From: an uncultured Gammaproteobacteria bacterium
GTDB lineage: Bacteria > Patescibacteriota > Microgenomatia > UBA12405
NCBI GenBank assembly: GCA_964544275.1
Contig: CAZIZX010000001.1
Coordinates: 49,576 to 113,575 of the forward strand
DNA: 64,000 nucleotides
Reading direction: 5' to 3'
The number at the start of each line of letters is the position of its first letter. The first letter of the stretch is position 1. A program made the translations under genes and the position numbers. Under the pieces are notes generated by a model. That model saw only the letters and a program-made list of their open reading frames with translations. It was not told the origin of the DNA and searched no databases. Positions 29,754 to 40,781 of the stretch are shown one piece after another.

Positions 29754-30712
29754 TGAAAAAGCTGTTGGTAATTCTCCTTAGCTTGAGCATTTTTGCCTTT
29801 TGTTTGTTTTTTATAGTTAATCTTTCTCCTGTTTCATCGGAAAAAGACGTCCGCGAATTTGTTGTCAACCAGGGGGAAGGGTTAAGCATTATTGGTAGCA
29901 GATTGCAAAAAAATAATTTTATTCGCAATAAGTATATTTTTATCGCTTATTCTTATTTTCTCGGACTGAACAAAAAACTCCAGGCTGGATCATTCCGCAT
30001 TACTCCATCCAGTAGCACTTCCGATATCATCCGACAGTTATCTCAAAAAGGCAGTCACGATTATTGGCTAAAAATAATTGATGGTTACCGCTTGGAAGAA
30101 ATAGCAGCCTCACTTCCGGATCAAGTTCCATTTAGCCAAAAAGAATTCCTTGCTCAAGTCAAAGACAAAGAGGGATCCTTGTTTCCTGATAGCTATCTAA
30201 TACCCATCGATTATTCGATAGATCAAATTATTCAGGTAGTTGCCAGCAATTTTAACTCAAAGCTGTCAGAAGCCAGTCAGGACCCAATTGACACCAATCT
30301 GTCCCAAGACCAATCAATTATTTTAGCCTCGCTTTTGGAGAGGGAAGCCAAAAGCCTGGAGGACAAACAATTACTTGCCGGTATACTCCTCAACCGACTA
30401 CAAATTAATATGGCTCTTCAGGTTGACGCCACAGTTCAATTTGCCAAAGACTCACTTTCATCCAATCTTTCCCAATACTGGAAACCAATAACCGGTCAGG
30501 ATACCCGTCAAATTGATTCACCCTACAATACCTACAAATATCCCGGCTTACCTCCCTCTCCCATATGCAATCCCGGTTACAATTCAATCTATGCCGCCTT
30601 TCACCCTGTTTCGTCCGACTATCTATTCTATATTACCGGAAAAGACGGAAATATGTATTACGCCAAAACCCTAGACCAGCACAATACCAACATCTCAAAA
30701 TATTTAAAATAA
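29753..30712 (+). CDS. mltG: Endolytic transglycosylase MltG
   Basis: EGSLFPDSY, ASLLERE, LQVDATV, SPYNTYKYPGLPPSPICNPG. Confidence 0.95.
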   Translation: MKKLLVILLSLSIFAFCLFFIVNLSPVSSEKDVREFVVNQGEGLSIIGSRLQKNNFIRNKYIFIAYSYFLGLNKKLQAGSFRITPSSSTSDIIRQLSQKGSHDYWLKIIDGYRLEEIAASLPDQVPFSQKEFLAQVKDKEGSLFPDSYLIPIDYSIDQIIQVVASNFNSKLSEASQDPIDTNLSQDQSIILASLLEREAKSLEDKQLLAGILLNRLQINMALQVDATVQFAKDSLSSNLSQYWKPITGQDTRQIDSPYNTYKYPGLPPSPICNPGYNSIYAAFHPVSSDYLFYITGKDGNMYYAKTLDQHNTNISKYLK

Positions 30713-31855
30713 ACTTGTTTTTTTATTTATTAACTCGTTCAATACCTTCCACCTTTTCTTTTTCTCTGCTAGTGCAACATCATTTGCAAACAACTTAGCT
30801 GACACCGTACCTAGCCTGGGGGAATATTTATTTAAGTAAGCTACCTCAAACCTGGCTTTTTTGCACACTTCTACCGTATTTCGAAATTTTTCCTCCGTTT
30901 CTCCGGGAAACCCGATTATTATATCTGTGCTGATTTTAACTCCTTTAATTTTTGCTTTTATTTTATTTAATAATTTCAAGTAATCTTCGGAACTATGCCC
31001 CCGATTCATCCTCGAAAGGATTTCATCATCGCCCGACTGTAGAGGTAAATGAATCAGCCGGTCAATATTCTTATTTGCGGCAACAACATCTATAAGTTCG
31101 TCAGAAAAGTCCCAAGGATTACTACTGACGAAAGATACCTTACTGAAACCCAATTTAGCCACACTCTCCAAAAGATAGGGGAATAATGTTGGTATCCGTG
31201 ATTTGCCCATCGATTTAACCATTACCGGTGATACTGCCCTGTCATCAGGTAAAACATATTCTTTTTCCCCAACCAGGTCAGCCCCATAAGAATTTACGTT
31301 TTGTCCAATTAACACAATTTCCAAGAATTTATTATCCAGTGCTCTTTTTGCCTCTGTTAAAATCTCTCCAAAAGGTCTGGATATTTCCTGCCCTCTCGCC
31401 ATGGGCACAATACAATAAGAACAAAAATTATTACAGCCCACACTAATTGGCACCAAAGCAGCCTTTTTTGCCTCTCTTAAAGGTTCGACATCAAAACTTA
31501 TTTTTTCTATTGGCAGGAATTCATCGACCATCGGAAATTCTGACTTTAACCTACGTAATTTTTTATCCGTTTTATCTTTATAAGCCAAACCTGACAAACA
31601 ACCGGTCACAACCAACTTCTTTTTAATCCTATTTTTCTGATTAAACTTATTGATTTTATCGATAAATCCATAAGCTCTATTCTCGGCCGATTCGCGGACA
31701 ACACAACTGTTGACAACAACCAAGTCAGCCTTTTCCCAGGAGTCGGTTTGAAGATAACCCTTGTTCCAATAAAAAGCTTTTATCCTTTCTGAATCAGCTG
31801 TATTTTGGGCACAACCAAAAGTCTTTACGAAGATGTTTTTAACGTTAAAATTCAT
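30704..31855 (-). CDS. miaB: MiaB-family radical SAM tRNA methylthiotransferase (no TRAM domain)
   Basis: TFGCAQN, NSCVVRESAE, GCNNFCSYC, HLPLQSG, TDIIIGFPGET, YSPR. Confidence 0.88.
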   Translation of the reverse strand: MNFNVKNIFVKTFGCAQNTADSERIKAFYWNKGYLQTDSWEKADLVVVNSCVVRESAENRAYGFIDKINKFNQKNRIKKKLVVTGCLSGLAYKDKTDKKLRRLKSEFPMVDEFLPIEKISFDVEPLREAKKAALVPISVGCNNFCSYCIVPMARGQEISRPFGEILTEAKRALDNKFLEIVLIGQNVNSYGADLVGEKEYVLPDDRAVSPVMVKSMGKSRIPTLFPYLLESVAKLGFSKVSFVSSNPWDFSDELIDVVAANKNIDRLIHLPLQSGDDEILSRMNRGHSSEDYLKLLNKIKAKIKGVKISTDIIIGFPGETEEKFRNTVEVCKKARFEVAYLNKYSPRLGTVSAKLFANDVALAEKKKRWKVLNELINKKTSLF

Positions 31856-31877
31856 CAGGCTCTATTTTAGCAAAAGC

Positions 31878-32360
31878 CTATTTCCACATCTTCCTGCCAA
31901 CCAGCGCCAACCCTCCCCCCATTCCCGTCAAGATTAATGTCGGTAACATTACTCCTGCGGCCGGTAGACTTTCTCCAGAACCGCTACTGTCAATCGATTC
32001 CCAGTTAACATTTTCAGATCCCAACGTCAGTGTAAAACTAATCGTAGAACCTGAATTGGTCAAAGACACCGCATGATCTCCGACTCCTAGTTCAGTAAGT
32101 GAAGTAAAAAACCATTGGCCAAATTCATCAACACCCGCCTGATAGCTTTGGTCGTCTATTACGATATCAACTTGACTTCCTGCTAACGCCTCGCCTTTAA
32201 ATGTTGGATTTAAGCCGGTATACCACCAGTGACTGATTTGCTTATCAGCAGTACTTAAATTTCCTATATGAGTCAAATTAAATCCCGATGCCAACACTTG
32301 CCCTCGACCTATCAAAAATAAGCATATCAAACCTATTATCAAAAAAAATTTTATTTTCAT
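31878..32360 (-). CDS. Secreted Ig-like protein with an LPAAG cell-wall sorting signal
   Basis: Signal peptide, NPTFKGEA/VDEFGQW Ig-like segment, C-terminal LPAAG, hydrophobic stretch and RKMWK tail. Confidence 0.75.
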   Translation of the reverse strand: MKIKFFLIIGLICLFLIGRGQVLASGFNLTHIGNLSTADKQISHWWYTGLNPTFKGEALAGSQVDIVIDDQSYQAGVDEFGQWFFTSLTELGVGDHAVSLTNSGSTISFTLTLGSENVNWESIDSSGSGESLPAAGVMLPTLILTGMGGGLALVGRKMWK

Positions 32361-32438
32361 AATTAATAATAGTAACAAAACGTTTGTTTAGCAACCTTTT
32401 TTGTTGACAACCCCTTGCTAAAAATGAGATATTTATTC

Positions 32439-33569
32439 ATGGATCAAAATAATACCAATCAAAACGACAATCTCTTACAAAATTCCCCCCAAGACCCTCA
32501 AAAAAAGGAAGAAAGTTCCGCCCAGGAAAATTATCAGGATATTCTAAATAAATATGCTACCGAAGTGGCCTCAAAACCAGAAGCCCAAACCACAACCGAG
32601 GATGCCCAACCTCCTGCTCAACCCCTCGTTTTTGAACCAACTAATGATGCAACCCCCCAAGAGACTCCCTCCACCGATTCGCCTCTGGCTCAGGTCGCAC
32701 CAAAAGAAATTGAAACCGAGGATCAAGTAAGCCCTGATACACTGGCAGTTGCCCCCACAAGTGATCTTGTTCCGTCTCCTCAGCCTTCGGAACCAGTCAC
32801 TGATACAACAACATCTCCTGTTCCAGAAGAAAGCCATCTCCCCGGCAACGATTTATCAGCTCATCAAGTACCAGTCGTAGATCAGCCTATCAATGAGGGA
32901 GAAAATGCTCCTGTAGAAATCCAACCTTCACCACCGCCAGCCAGCAACCTCCCCGACAATGACACTCCGCCCACGCCAACAGGCAACTCAGCCGACTTAC
33001 CCAGCTTTGATCTTGAATCAAGCCCGTTACCTGCTCGCCATGATCAGCCTAGTGCCAATCCACCGGAAAACGACACCCTCCCACCTGACAACAATACTCC
33101 ACCGCCAGTATCAAATGTACCACCCCTATCACCTCCGCCAAACGACAACAATAAACCACCGTCTGGAGGAGGGTTCTTCAAGGCTCTATTCTTCCTGTCG
33201 CTTTTTGTCTTTTTATCTGTAGCCGCAGCCAATATTTATAGTTTAGCCACCAACCAGGCAATTCCTATTCCATTCTTAAACTTTCTAGGTCAGGAAAAAC
33301 AAGAGGAAGTAATTGAAGTGCCAATACCCACCGACACTCCTTTGCTTGAACAAAATAAATCCTGTTTGTTAAATGGAACCGAATATACCATTGGTCAGTC
33401 TTTTATTGCCGCCGATGGTTGCAACACTTGCACTTGCGACGAATCATCTGAAATAGTTTGTACTGAAATGGCTTGCGACGATCAGCTTGTAATTCAGGAT
33501 GACACTTCCGAAAGTCAGGCTACTGACGCTGCCACGCAACAACAAATAGAACAGATAATAGAAGAATAA
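32439..33569 (+). CDS. Pro/acidic-rich single-TM protein with an extracellular pacifastin/VWC-like six-Cys domain
   Basis: Long disordered N-terminus, TM FFKALFFLSLFVFLSVAAANI, CLLNG...DGCNTCTC...CTEMAC. Confidence 0.75.
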   Translation: MDQNNTNQNDNLLQNSPQDPQKKEESSAQENYQDILNKYATEVASKPEAQTTTEDAQPPAQPLVFEPTNDATPQETPSTDSPLAQVAPKEIETEDQVSPDTLAVAPTSDLVPSPQPSEPVTDTTTSPVPEESHLPGNDLSAHQVPVVDQPINEGENAPVEIQPSPPPASNLPDNDTPPTPTGNSADLPSFDLESSPLPARHDQPSANPPENDTLPPDNNTPPPVSNVPPLSPPPNDNNKPPSGGGFFKALFFLSLFVFLSVAAANIYSLATNQAIPIPFLNFLGQEKQEEVIEVPIPTDTPLLEQNKSCLLNGTEYTIGQSFIAADGCNTCTCDESSEIVCTEMACDDQLVIQDDTSESQATDAATQQQIEQIIEE

Positions 33570-33601
33570 ATCAGCCTCAATTTGAACACAAAATTAACCC
33601 A

Positions 33602-33677
33602 TTGACCCCTATACATATTAAAGCTATAATACAAGGCATTCGGTGAGCTGTCGGAACATAACTCGCCTCAATTTTTT
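33602..33677 (+). promoter_or_regulatory. rpoB promoter and leader hairpin
   Basis: TTGACC 33602-33607, 17 bp spacer, TATAAT 33625-33630; GGTGAG/CTCGCC stem 33642-33667 followed by a T run. Confidence 0.7.
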
Positions 33678-33695
33678 AGAATTTTAAAACCTTTG

Positions 33696-36600
33696 ATGCC
33701 TTCCGCAAAAAGAATTAACTGGGGTAAAAATTATCCAAACCTTCCCAAGCTCGATTTGATAAATATTCAAAAAGAATCATGGCAGCATTTTCTCGAAAAA
33801 GAGTTTCGTCAAACCATTCAATCCATCTCACCCGTCCTCGACTATACCGGCAATAACTGGCAGCTGGAACTGGGCGAGTTAACTTACGATCCTATTCCTC
33901 TGACTCCCGATATAGCCAAAAGAAAAGGGCTAAATTACGCTGTTCCCATTAAAGTCAAGGCTAAACTCACCAACAAAAGGACTAGTGACGTCAAGGAAGA
34001 AAACGTCTTCTTTCTCAACCTCCCCACCATGACTGATGAAGGCACTTTCATTATTAATGGTATCGAAAGGGGAGTAATCAACCAGTTGGTACGGTCTCCT
34101 GGTGTTTATTTTACCGGCGAGAACGATCCGGCTACCGGCAAAATTCTTTATAATGCTGAAATACGACCCTCCCGCGGTTCTTGGCTGGAATTTTTTATAG
34201 GTAAAAAAGATGTTGTCTTTGCCAGAATTGATCGAAAAAAGAAATTCCCCGCTTCAATTATATTAAGAGCCGCTTGCGGACTTAATGACAAACAACTTGT
34301 AAATGAATTTTCAGATTATATCAATCCCACCATTCAAGCCGATCCTTCCAAAACATCAGAGGAAGCCATACTTGAATTTTATCGGCGCCTTCGACCAGGC
34401 GAACCCGTAGTTTTGGAAAATGCCCAAAAATTTTTTCAAGAAAGATTTTTTGACCTCAGAACCTATGAGCTTGGCAACGTTGGTCGTTATAAAATCAACA
34501 AAAAATTTAACTTCAATTTTGATGACGACAAGCCGGAGAATTGGACATTGCAACAAGAAGACCTGATTGCTACCGTCAAATATCTCGTTCAACTCCAAAA
34601 AGGTGAGGTCAGCCGAATTGACGATATTGATAGCTTGGCCAACCGCCGTCTTCGTCAAGCTGGGGAAATAGTTTCTCAAATTGCTATTAGACCAGCCCTT
34701 GCCAGGTTTGAAAGAATGGTCAAGGAACGAATGAGCTTAATTTCTACCAAAGAAAACCCCATGCCTTCTCAGATGATTAACCCCCAACCTCTAATCTCCT
34801 CTTTAAACACTTTTTTCCGATCTAACCAATTATCAGCCATCCTCGATCAGACTAATCCGCTATCAGAACTTGACCTGCTTCGAAGAGTTACTGTAGTCGG
34901 TATCGGTGGCTTGACTAGAGAGCGTGCCGCTTTCTCTATCAGAGATGTTCACAGTTCCCAATATGGTCGCATTTGTACTGTCAGATCTCCAGAAGGTCCA
35001 AACATCGGCTTAGTTTCCTATTTGGCCCTATACGCCCGCGTTAACAAATACGGCTTTTTGGAAGCTCCCTTCCGAAAAATTGAAAAAGATAAAAAGGGCT
35101 ACCACGTCTCAAATGATTTTGTTTACCTCGATGCCGATGATGAATTCGATACCGCCATTACCCATCTTGCCATAAATATAGACTCCAACGGATACATCAA
35201 GCAAGATTGGGTTCCTCTAAGGTTCCAAAGCGAGTTTATCGAAGGGCCAATTGAATCAGCCAAGTATATCGATTTAGTTCCCAACCAGATTGTCGGCGCC
35301 TCTGCTTCTTTAATTCCATTCGTTGACCACGACGACGCTACTCGTGCCCTAATGGGTTCTCACATGCAGACACAAGCCGTTCCTTTAGTCCAACCCGAAG
35401 CACCAATTATTGGCACCGGCATGGAGCATGATATTGCTACGGCCATGAATCGTACGGTACTTGCCAACAAAAGTGGTAAAATTATCTATGTTGATAGCGA
35501 AAAAATAATTGTAGAACTAGATAAAAAAGCCAAAGAAACCGACAATACTGACCACAGTTCCATTAGTCAGGATGGAAAATATGAAACTTATTCACTTGTA
35601 AAATTTGAAAGAACATCTCCCTATGGTACCTGTTATAACCAAAGGGCGGCTATCAAAGTCGGTGATATTGTCAAAGCTGGCGATTTGCTGATTGATGGAC
35701 CTTCCACCGATGGCGGCGAGTTGTCTATTGGTAGGAACTTACTTGTGGCTTATGCCTCCATCGACGGTCTAACTTTTGAAGATTCTTTCCTGATTTCTGA
35801 CAGAATAGTCAAACAGGACATTCTTACTAATATCCAGATTTTTGAGTACACCGCCCAAGTAGTCGAAACTAAACTGGGTAGTCAAGAACTAACCAGAGAT
35901 ATCCCCAATGTCTCCGAGAATGAACTTTCCAAGCTAACTGATGATGGTATTGTCATGATCGGGGCCAATGTTGGTCCGAATGATATTTTAGTTGGAAAAG
36001 TTGAACCTCGTGGTGAAAAAGAGCTTACTGCCGAAGAGAGATTGCTTCGAGCCATTTTTGGAGAGAAAGCCCGAGAAGTCAAGGATACCTCCCAGCGCGT
36101 TCCCAACGGTGAAGGTGGAGTTGTCATTAAGGTTGATATTTTAGACAAAGATAGGGGCGACGAACTTGATCCCGGTGTTAACAAAATCGTCAAAGTCTAC
36201 GTTGCTCAAATGAGAAGAATTCAAGAAGGTGACAAAATTGCCGGAAGACACGGCAACAAAGGTGTAGTTTGTCGGATAATGCCCGAATACGACATGCCCC
36301 GGCTTGAGGATGGAACCCCGGTTGATATGGTAGTTTCCCCCCTTTCTGTTATTGCCCGCATGAACTTAGGCCAGGTTCTTGAAGCAATTCTTGGACATGC
36401 TGGCTTTAAACTGGGCAAAAAATACGGCGTTCCCGTTTTTGAAAAATATAGCGAAGAAGCAATTGGTGAAGAATTAGTAAAAGCCGGCCTACCTGTAACC
36501 GGAAAAATTCAACTTTATGATGGTCGTACCGGCTCTGCTTATGATCAAAAAACCCTAATTGGCATTGGTTATATCTTGAAACTGGTTCACATGGTTGACG

Positions 36601-37040
36601 ATAAAGTTCACGCCAGGTCGACTGGCCCTTATTCTTTGGTAACCCAACAACCACTTGGAGGCAAAGCCCGAATGGGAGGTCAAAGATTAGGAGAAATGGA
36701 AGTCTGGGCGCTCGAAGCACATCGCGCTGCTCACACGCTACAAGAAATGTTAACCATCAAATCTGATGATATCGAAGGCAGGACCAAAGCCTTCCAATCA
36801 ATCATCAAAGGTACACCTATTCCCGAACCTGCCATCCCGGAATCCTTTAACGTTCTTACCAAGGAGTTGGCTGGTCTTGGTCTTGATATTACTCCGGTAG
36901 GGGTAGTCGAGAAGGAGGCTTCCGTTATTGAAGAGCAAGCAGAGGAAATTAATATCCTCCAAATTAGCCCCGAGGCAATTAAAGCAGATTCATCGGAAAA
37001 TCAGGAAGAAATTACAGGAATAAATAAGGAGGAGGAATAA
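33696..37040 (+). CDS. rpoB: RNA polymerase beta subunit
   Basis: GTFIINGIER, PEGPNIGL, GDKIAGRHGNKG, GGQRLGEMEVWALEA. Confidence 0.98.
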   Translation: MPSAKRINWGKNYPNLPKLDLINIQKESWQHFLEKEFRQTIQSISPVLDYTGNNWQLELGELTYDPIPLTPDIAKRKGLNYAVPIKVKAKLTNKRTSDVKEENVFFLNLPTMTDEGTFIINGIERGVINQLVRSPGVYFTGENDPATGKILYNAEIRPSRGSWLEFFIGKKDVVFARIDRKKKFPASIILRAACGLNDKQLVNEFSDYINPTIQADPSKTSEEAILEFYRRLRPGEPVVLENAQKFFQERFFDLRTYELGNVGRYKINKKFNFNFDDDKPENWTLQQEDLIATVKYLVQLQKGEVSRIDDIDSLANRRLRQAGEIVSQIAIRPALARFERMVKERMSLISTKENPMPSQMINPQPLISSLNTFFRSNQLSAILDQTNPLSELDLLRRVTVVGIGGLTRERAAFSIRDVHSSQYGRICTVRSPEGPNIGLVSYLALYARVNKYGFLEAPFRKIEKDKKGYHVSNDFVYLDADDEFDTAITHLAINIDSNGYIKQDWVPLRFQSEFIEGPIESAKYIDLVPNQIVGASASLIPFVDHDDATRALMGSHMQTQAVPLVQPEAPIIGTGMEHDIATAMNRTVLANKSGKIIYVDSEKIIVELDKKAKETDNTDHSSISQDGKYETYSLVKFERTSPYGTCYNQRAAIKVGDIVKAGDLLIDGPSTDGGELSIGRNLLVAYASIDGLTFEDSFLISDRIVKQDILTNIQIFEYTAQVVETKLGSQELTRDIPNVSENELSKLTDDGIVMIGANVGPNDILVGKVEPRGEKELTAEERLLRAIFGEKAREVKDTSQRVPNGEGGVVIKVDILDKDRGDELDPGVNKIVKVYVAQMRRIQEGDKIAGRHGNKGVVCRIMPEYDMPRLEDGTPVDMVVSPLSVIARMNLGQVLEAILGHAGFKLGKKYGVPVFEKYSEEAIGEELVKAGLPVTGKIQLYDGRTGSAYDQKTLIGIGYILKLVHMVDDKVHARSTGPYSLVTQQPLGGKARMGGQRLGEMEVWALEAHRAAHTLQEMLTIKSDDIEGRTKAFQSIIKGTPIPEPAIPESFNVLTKELAGLGLDITPVGVVEKEASVIEEQAEEINILQISPEAIKADSSENQEEITGINKEEE

Positions 37041-37043
37041 AAT

Positions 37044-40000
37044 ATGTTTAAATTTAAAAATATGGTTGATTTCACTGGTCTACAAATAAAACTTGCTTCA
37101 CCCCAAGACATACTTGATTGGTCCCACGGTGAAGTTACCAAACCGGAAACTATCAATTATCGCAGCTGGAGGCCGGAAAAAGACGGTCTTTTCTGTGAAA
37201 AAATATTTGGACCCAGCCGTGACTACGAATGTTATTGTGGTAAGTACAAGAAAATTAGATTCAAGGGCGTAATTTGTGACAAATGTGGTGTCGAGGTTAC
37301 CACCTCAAAAGTTAGAAGAGAAAGAATGGGCCACATCTCTTTAGCTGCTCCGATCACCCATCTTTGGTATCTTCGTAACACCCCGTCCCCCTTAAGCGTT
37401 ATCCTCGATATTCCTCAAAAAGAACTTGAATCTGTAGTTTATTTCACTAAGTATTTGGTTACGTCAGTTAATAACGATGCTCGAAAAGAAGCCATGAAAA
37501 ACCTTGAGGAAAATGCTCAAAAAAGACTGGCCCAAATTGACATAGAAACCAAAGAGTCAATCTCAAAAACCACTGAGTCAGATAAAAATGAAAAAGATGA
37601 ACTCAAGTCAAAAATCAAAAACAAAGATCAGCTCTCTATCGCTCTGGAAGAACGCGACGTTCGTCTTAAACAGAATATTCAGAAGCTAGAAAACAAAGCT
37701 TTGGCCGAAAAAAATCGGGTCGAAAGTTTAACTAAATTTCTCGAGGATAAAATCAAATCTATGGATGTGCTTTCTGTTTTAACTGACGAAGAAAGTTTTT
37801 TCCTCAATCAATTCAAAGCTGACATTTTTTATACCGCCGAAATGGGAGCTCAAGCCATTCAAACAGTTCTTCAGGGCATTGACCTTCCTGCCACAGTCAA
37901 AAATCTTAAAAAAGAGCTAAGTAAAACCAGCAGCAAACTCAAGAAAAAGAAAATCATGTACAAGATTAGAATCTTAAACGGCATGGTTGACAATCAAATA
38001 GAACCCGTCTGGATGGTTATGAGTCACGTGCCTGTCGTTCCGCCGGATTTACGTCCCATGGTCCAGCTTACCGGTGGTCGCTTTGCCACTTCCGACCTCA
38101 ATGATCTCTATCGTCGGCTAATTAATCGCAACAACCGCCTCAAAAAGTTAATTAAACTTGGAGCTCCCGAGATTATTTTACGCAACGAAAAAAGAATGCT
38201 CCAGGAATCGGTTGACACCTTAATTGATGCCCAAAAAAGCGCCAAAAACAAAAGAAGAAACTCTAAACGAACTCCTCGCTCCCTTTCAGATCTTTTACGT
38301 GGTAAGAAAGGTCGTTTCCGTCGAAACCTATTGGGCAAAAGAGTTGATTATTCCGGCCGTTCAGTTATCGTGGTCGGTCCTGAACTAAGCCTTGACCAGG
38401 TTGGCCTTCCCAAAGAAATTGCCCTGGAAATGTATCGGCCTTTTATTTTGCGTGAACTTATGATGTCTGATCTGGCCCCCAATATTCGCAGTGCTAAAAA
38501 TCTTATCGACAGAAGAGTTAACGAAGTCTATGACATTTTAGAAAAAGTTACTCAGGATAGCCACGTTCTGCTTAACCGTGCTCCTACACTTCATAAACTT
38601 TCCATCCAAGCTTTCAAGCCCGTACTTACCGATGGTCTTGCCATCCGGCTCCACCCTTGTGTTTGTAAAGGCTTCAACGCTGACTTTGATGGAGATCAGA
38701 TGGGTGTCCATTTACCTCTATCAGAAGCTTCTCAAAAAGAAGCAGCCGAGCTAATGCTTCCATCACAAAATCTTCTTAAACCAGCCGACGGTAGTCCTAT
38801 TTCCGTTCCCACCCAGGAGATGGCGGTAGGTTGTTATTATATTACCTCAGTTCAGGTTGGTGATACCGCCAACGAAGAAGGGGAAAACGTGAAAGATATT
38901 CCATTATTTTCTGACATTGAGGAACTTGAACTAGCCTATCAATCCGAAAAAGTCGGATTAAGGCAACTCGTAGCAGTCAGGATGGATGGAAAACTCAAGA
39001 AAACTACTTATGGAAGAATAATATTTAACCGGATTCTTCCTGAAGAGTTTGAATTTGTTAATACCCCGATTGCGGGCAGTAAGGCCGTCAACGATCTCAT
39101 TGTAAAATCATTAGAAATTGCCGGTCAGGACAAAACCGTCAAACTTATCGACAGCCTCAAGGACATTGGGTTTTATGGGTTCACTCTCTCCGGTCTTTCT
39201 ATATCTATGGCTGATTGCGGCTATCTACCGGAAAAAGAACAGATTATCACTGCCGCCAATAAACGCGTTGCTGAAATTGAAGAAAACTTCAAGATGGGCT
39301 TAATCAGTAACGACGAAAAAAGACGTCTCAGTCAAAATGTTTGGATGGAAATTACTGAGGATATTGCCGAAAAGACCTGGGCCACTCTTGATATCGATTC
39401 TCCTATCCGTATAGTATCTGCTGCCGGCATTAAGCGTGCTTCCAAGGACCAGATCAAGCAACTTTCTGGCATGAGAGGTCTCATGGTTGATCCTACCGGT
39501 AGGATCGTTCAGTTGCCCACCAAGTCTAATTTTAGGGAAGGATTGTCCGTTTTTGAATATGTTACTGGTGCCCGCGGTACCAGGAAAGGGTTAGCCGACA
39601 CCGCCCTGAAAACTGCAGATGCCGGTTATCTAACTAGAAGATTGGTCGATGCCGCTCACGTTTCCATAATTAAAGAAGAAGATTGTGGCACCTCAAAGTT
39701 CATCACCATAGAGAAGACCGAAAAAGGTCGTGAAAGGTTTTTCGGACGACGGATTCTGGGTCGGATTATTGCCAATGACGTAGTTGACACAAAAACCAAA
39801 CAGCTTATCGCCAGAAAAGGTGATCTTATTGGTGACGAATTAGTTATCAAACTGGAAGAAAGCGAAATACTTTCTGTCGACATTCGATCCCCTCTAGTCT
39901 GCAAGGCCAAATATGGTCTTTGTCAGCATTGTTACGGCTGGGACATGTCCACCCGATCAATGGTAGACATTGGAGTTCCAGTTGGAGTCATCGCCGCTCA

Positions 40001-40781
40001 ATCAATCGGAGAACCGGGTACCCAGCTTACCCTAAGGACCAAACACACCGGAGGTGTTGTTGGTGTTGACGTTACCCAGGGCTTACCCCGTGTTCAGGAG
40101 CTGTTTGAGGTCAGGACTCCGAAACTTCCTTCACCACTAGCCGAGATCAGTGGTAGATTGAAAATTAAAGAAACTATCGATGGTTACGAGATAAAATTAA
40201 CCGGTAAAGACAAGAACAGCAATGCCAAAACTGTTACTTATCTCTTGCCCCAAAGTGTTACTTTATTAGTTTCTGACGGTGATCTGGTAGCCCAAGGTAC
40301 TCAGTTAAGTTCCGGCTCACTTGATGTTCGCGAAGTCATGGATATCAAAGGCCTAGAAGCCGCCCAGAAATATTTAATCAATAGTATTCAAGCGGTTTAC
40401 GAATCTCAGGGAATCACCATTCACGACAAACATTTAGAAGTAATTGTCAAAGAAATGAGTGATAAGCTCAAAATTGAAGATCCAGGTGACACCAATTTCC
40501 TCTATGGCCAAACCGTGACTAGAGCCGTCTATTCTAACGAAAACGAAAGAATCAAAGTCACCAATGGTCGACCGGCAAAAGGCAGGAAAGTTTTACTTGG
40601 ATTAATCCAGTCTGCCTTGACCACCGGTTCGTGGCTATCCGCTGCGTCATTCCAGCAGACCACCAATGTTTTGACCGAGTCATCTCTCCTCGCCGAGGTG
40701 GATAACTTGATTGGGCTCAAAGAAAATGTTATTATCGGACGTCTAATACCGGTTACAAAAGAGAACAACTCTAATCCATAA
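37044..40781 (+). CDS. rpoC: RNA polymerase beta' subunit
   Basis: Zn-finger [29 protein letters not shown]. Confidence 0.98.
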   Translation: MFKFKNMVDFTGLQIKLASPQDILDWSHGEVTKPETINYRSWRPEKDGLFCEKIFGPSRDYECYCGKYKKIRFKGVICDKCGVEVTTSKVRRERMGHISLAAPITHLWYLRNTPSPLSVILDIPQKELESVVYFTKYLVTSVNNDARKEAMKNLEENAQKRLAQIDIETKESISKTTESDKNEKDELKSKIKNKDQLSIALEERDVRLKQNIQKLENKALAEKNRVESLTKFLEDKIKSMDVLSVLTDEESFFLNQFKADIFYTAEMGAQAIQTVLQGIDLPATVKNLKKELSKTSSKLKKKKIMYKIRILNGMVDNQIEPVWMVMSHVPVVPPDLRPMVQLTGGRFATSDLNDLYRRLINRNNRLKKLIKLGAPEIILRNEKRMLQESVDTLIDAQKSAKNKRRNSKRTPRSLSDLLRGKKGRFRRNLLGKRVDYSGRSVIVVGPELSLDQVGLPKEIALEMYRPFILRELMMSDLAPNIRSAKNLIDRRVNEVYDILEKVTQDSHVLLNRAPTLHKLSIQAFKPVLTDGLAIRLHPCVCKGFNADFDGDQMGVHLPLSEASQKEAAELMLPSQNLLKPADGSPISVPTQEMAVGCYYITSVQVGDTANEEGENVKDIPLFSDIEELELAYQSEKVGLRQLVAVRMDGKLKKTTYGRIIFNRILPEEFEFVNTPIAGSKAVNDLIVKSLEIAGQDKTVKLIDSLKDIGFYGFTLSGLSISMADCGYLPEKEQIITAANKRVAEIEENFKMGLISNDEKRRLSQNVWMEITEDIAEKTWATLDIDSPIRIVSAAGIKRASKDQIKQLSGMRGLMVDPTGRIVQLPTKSNFREGLSVFEYVTGARGTRKGLADTALKTADAGYLTRRLVDAAHVSIIKEEDCGTSKFITIEKTEKGRERFFGRRILGRIIANDVVDTKTKQLIARKGDLIGDELVIKLEESEILSVDIRSPLVCKAKYGLCQHCYGWDMSTRSMVDIGVPVGVIAAQSIGEPGTQLTLRTKHTGGVVGVDVTQGLPRVQELFEVRTPKLPSPLAEISGRLKIKETIDGYEIKLTGKDKNSNAKTVTYLLPQSVTLLVSDGDLVAQGTQLSSGSLDVREVMDIKGLEAAQKYLINSIQAVYESQGITIHDKHLEVIVKEMSDKLKIEDPGDTNFLYGQTVTRAVYSNENERIKVTNGRPAKGRKVLLGLIQSALTTGSWLSAASFQQTTNVLTESSLLAEVDNLIGLKENVIIGRLIPVTKENNSNP

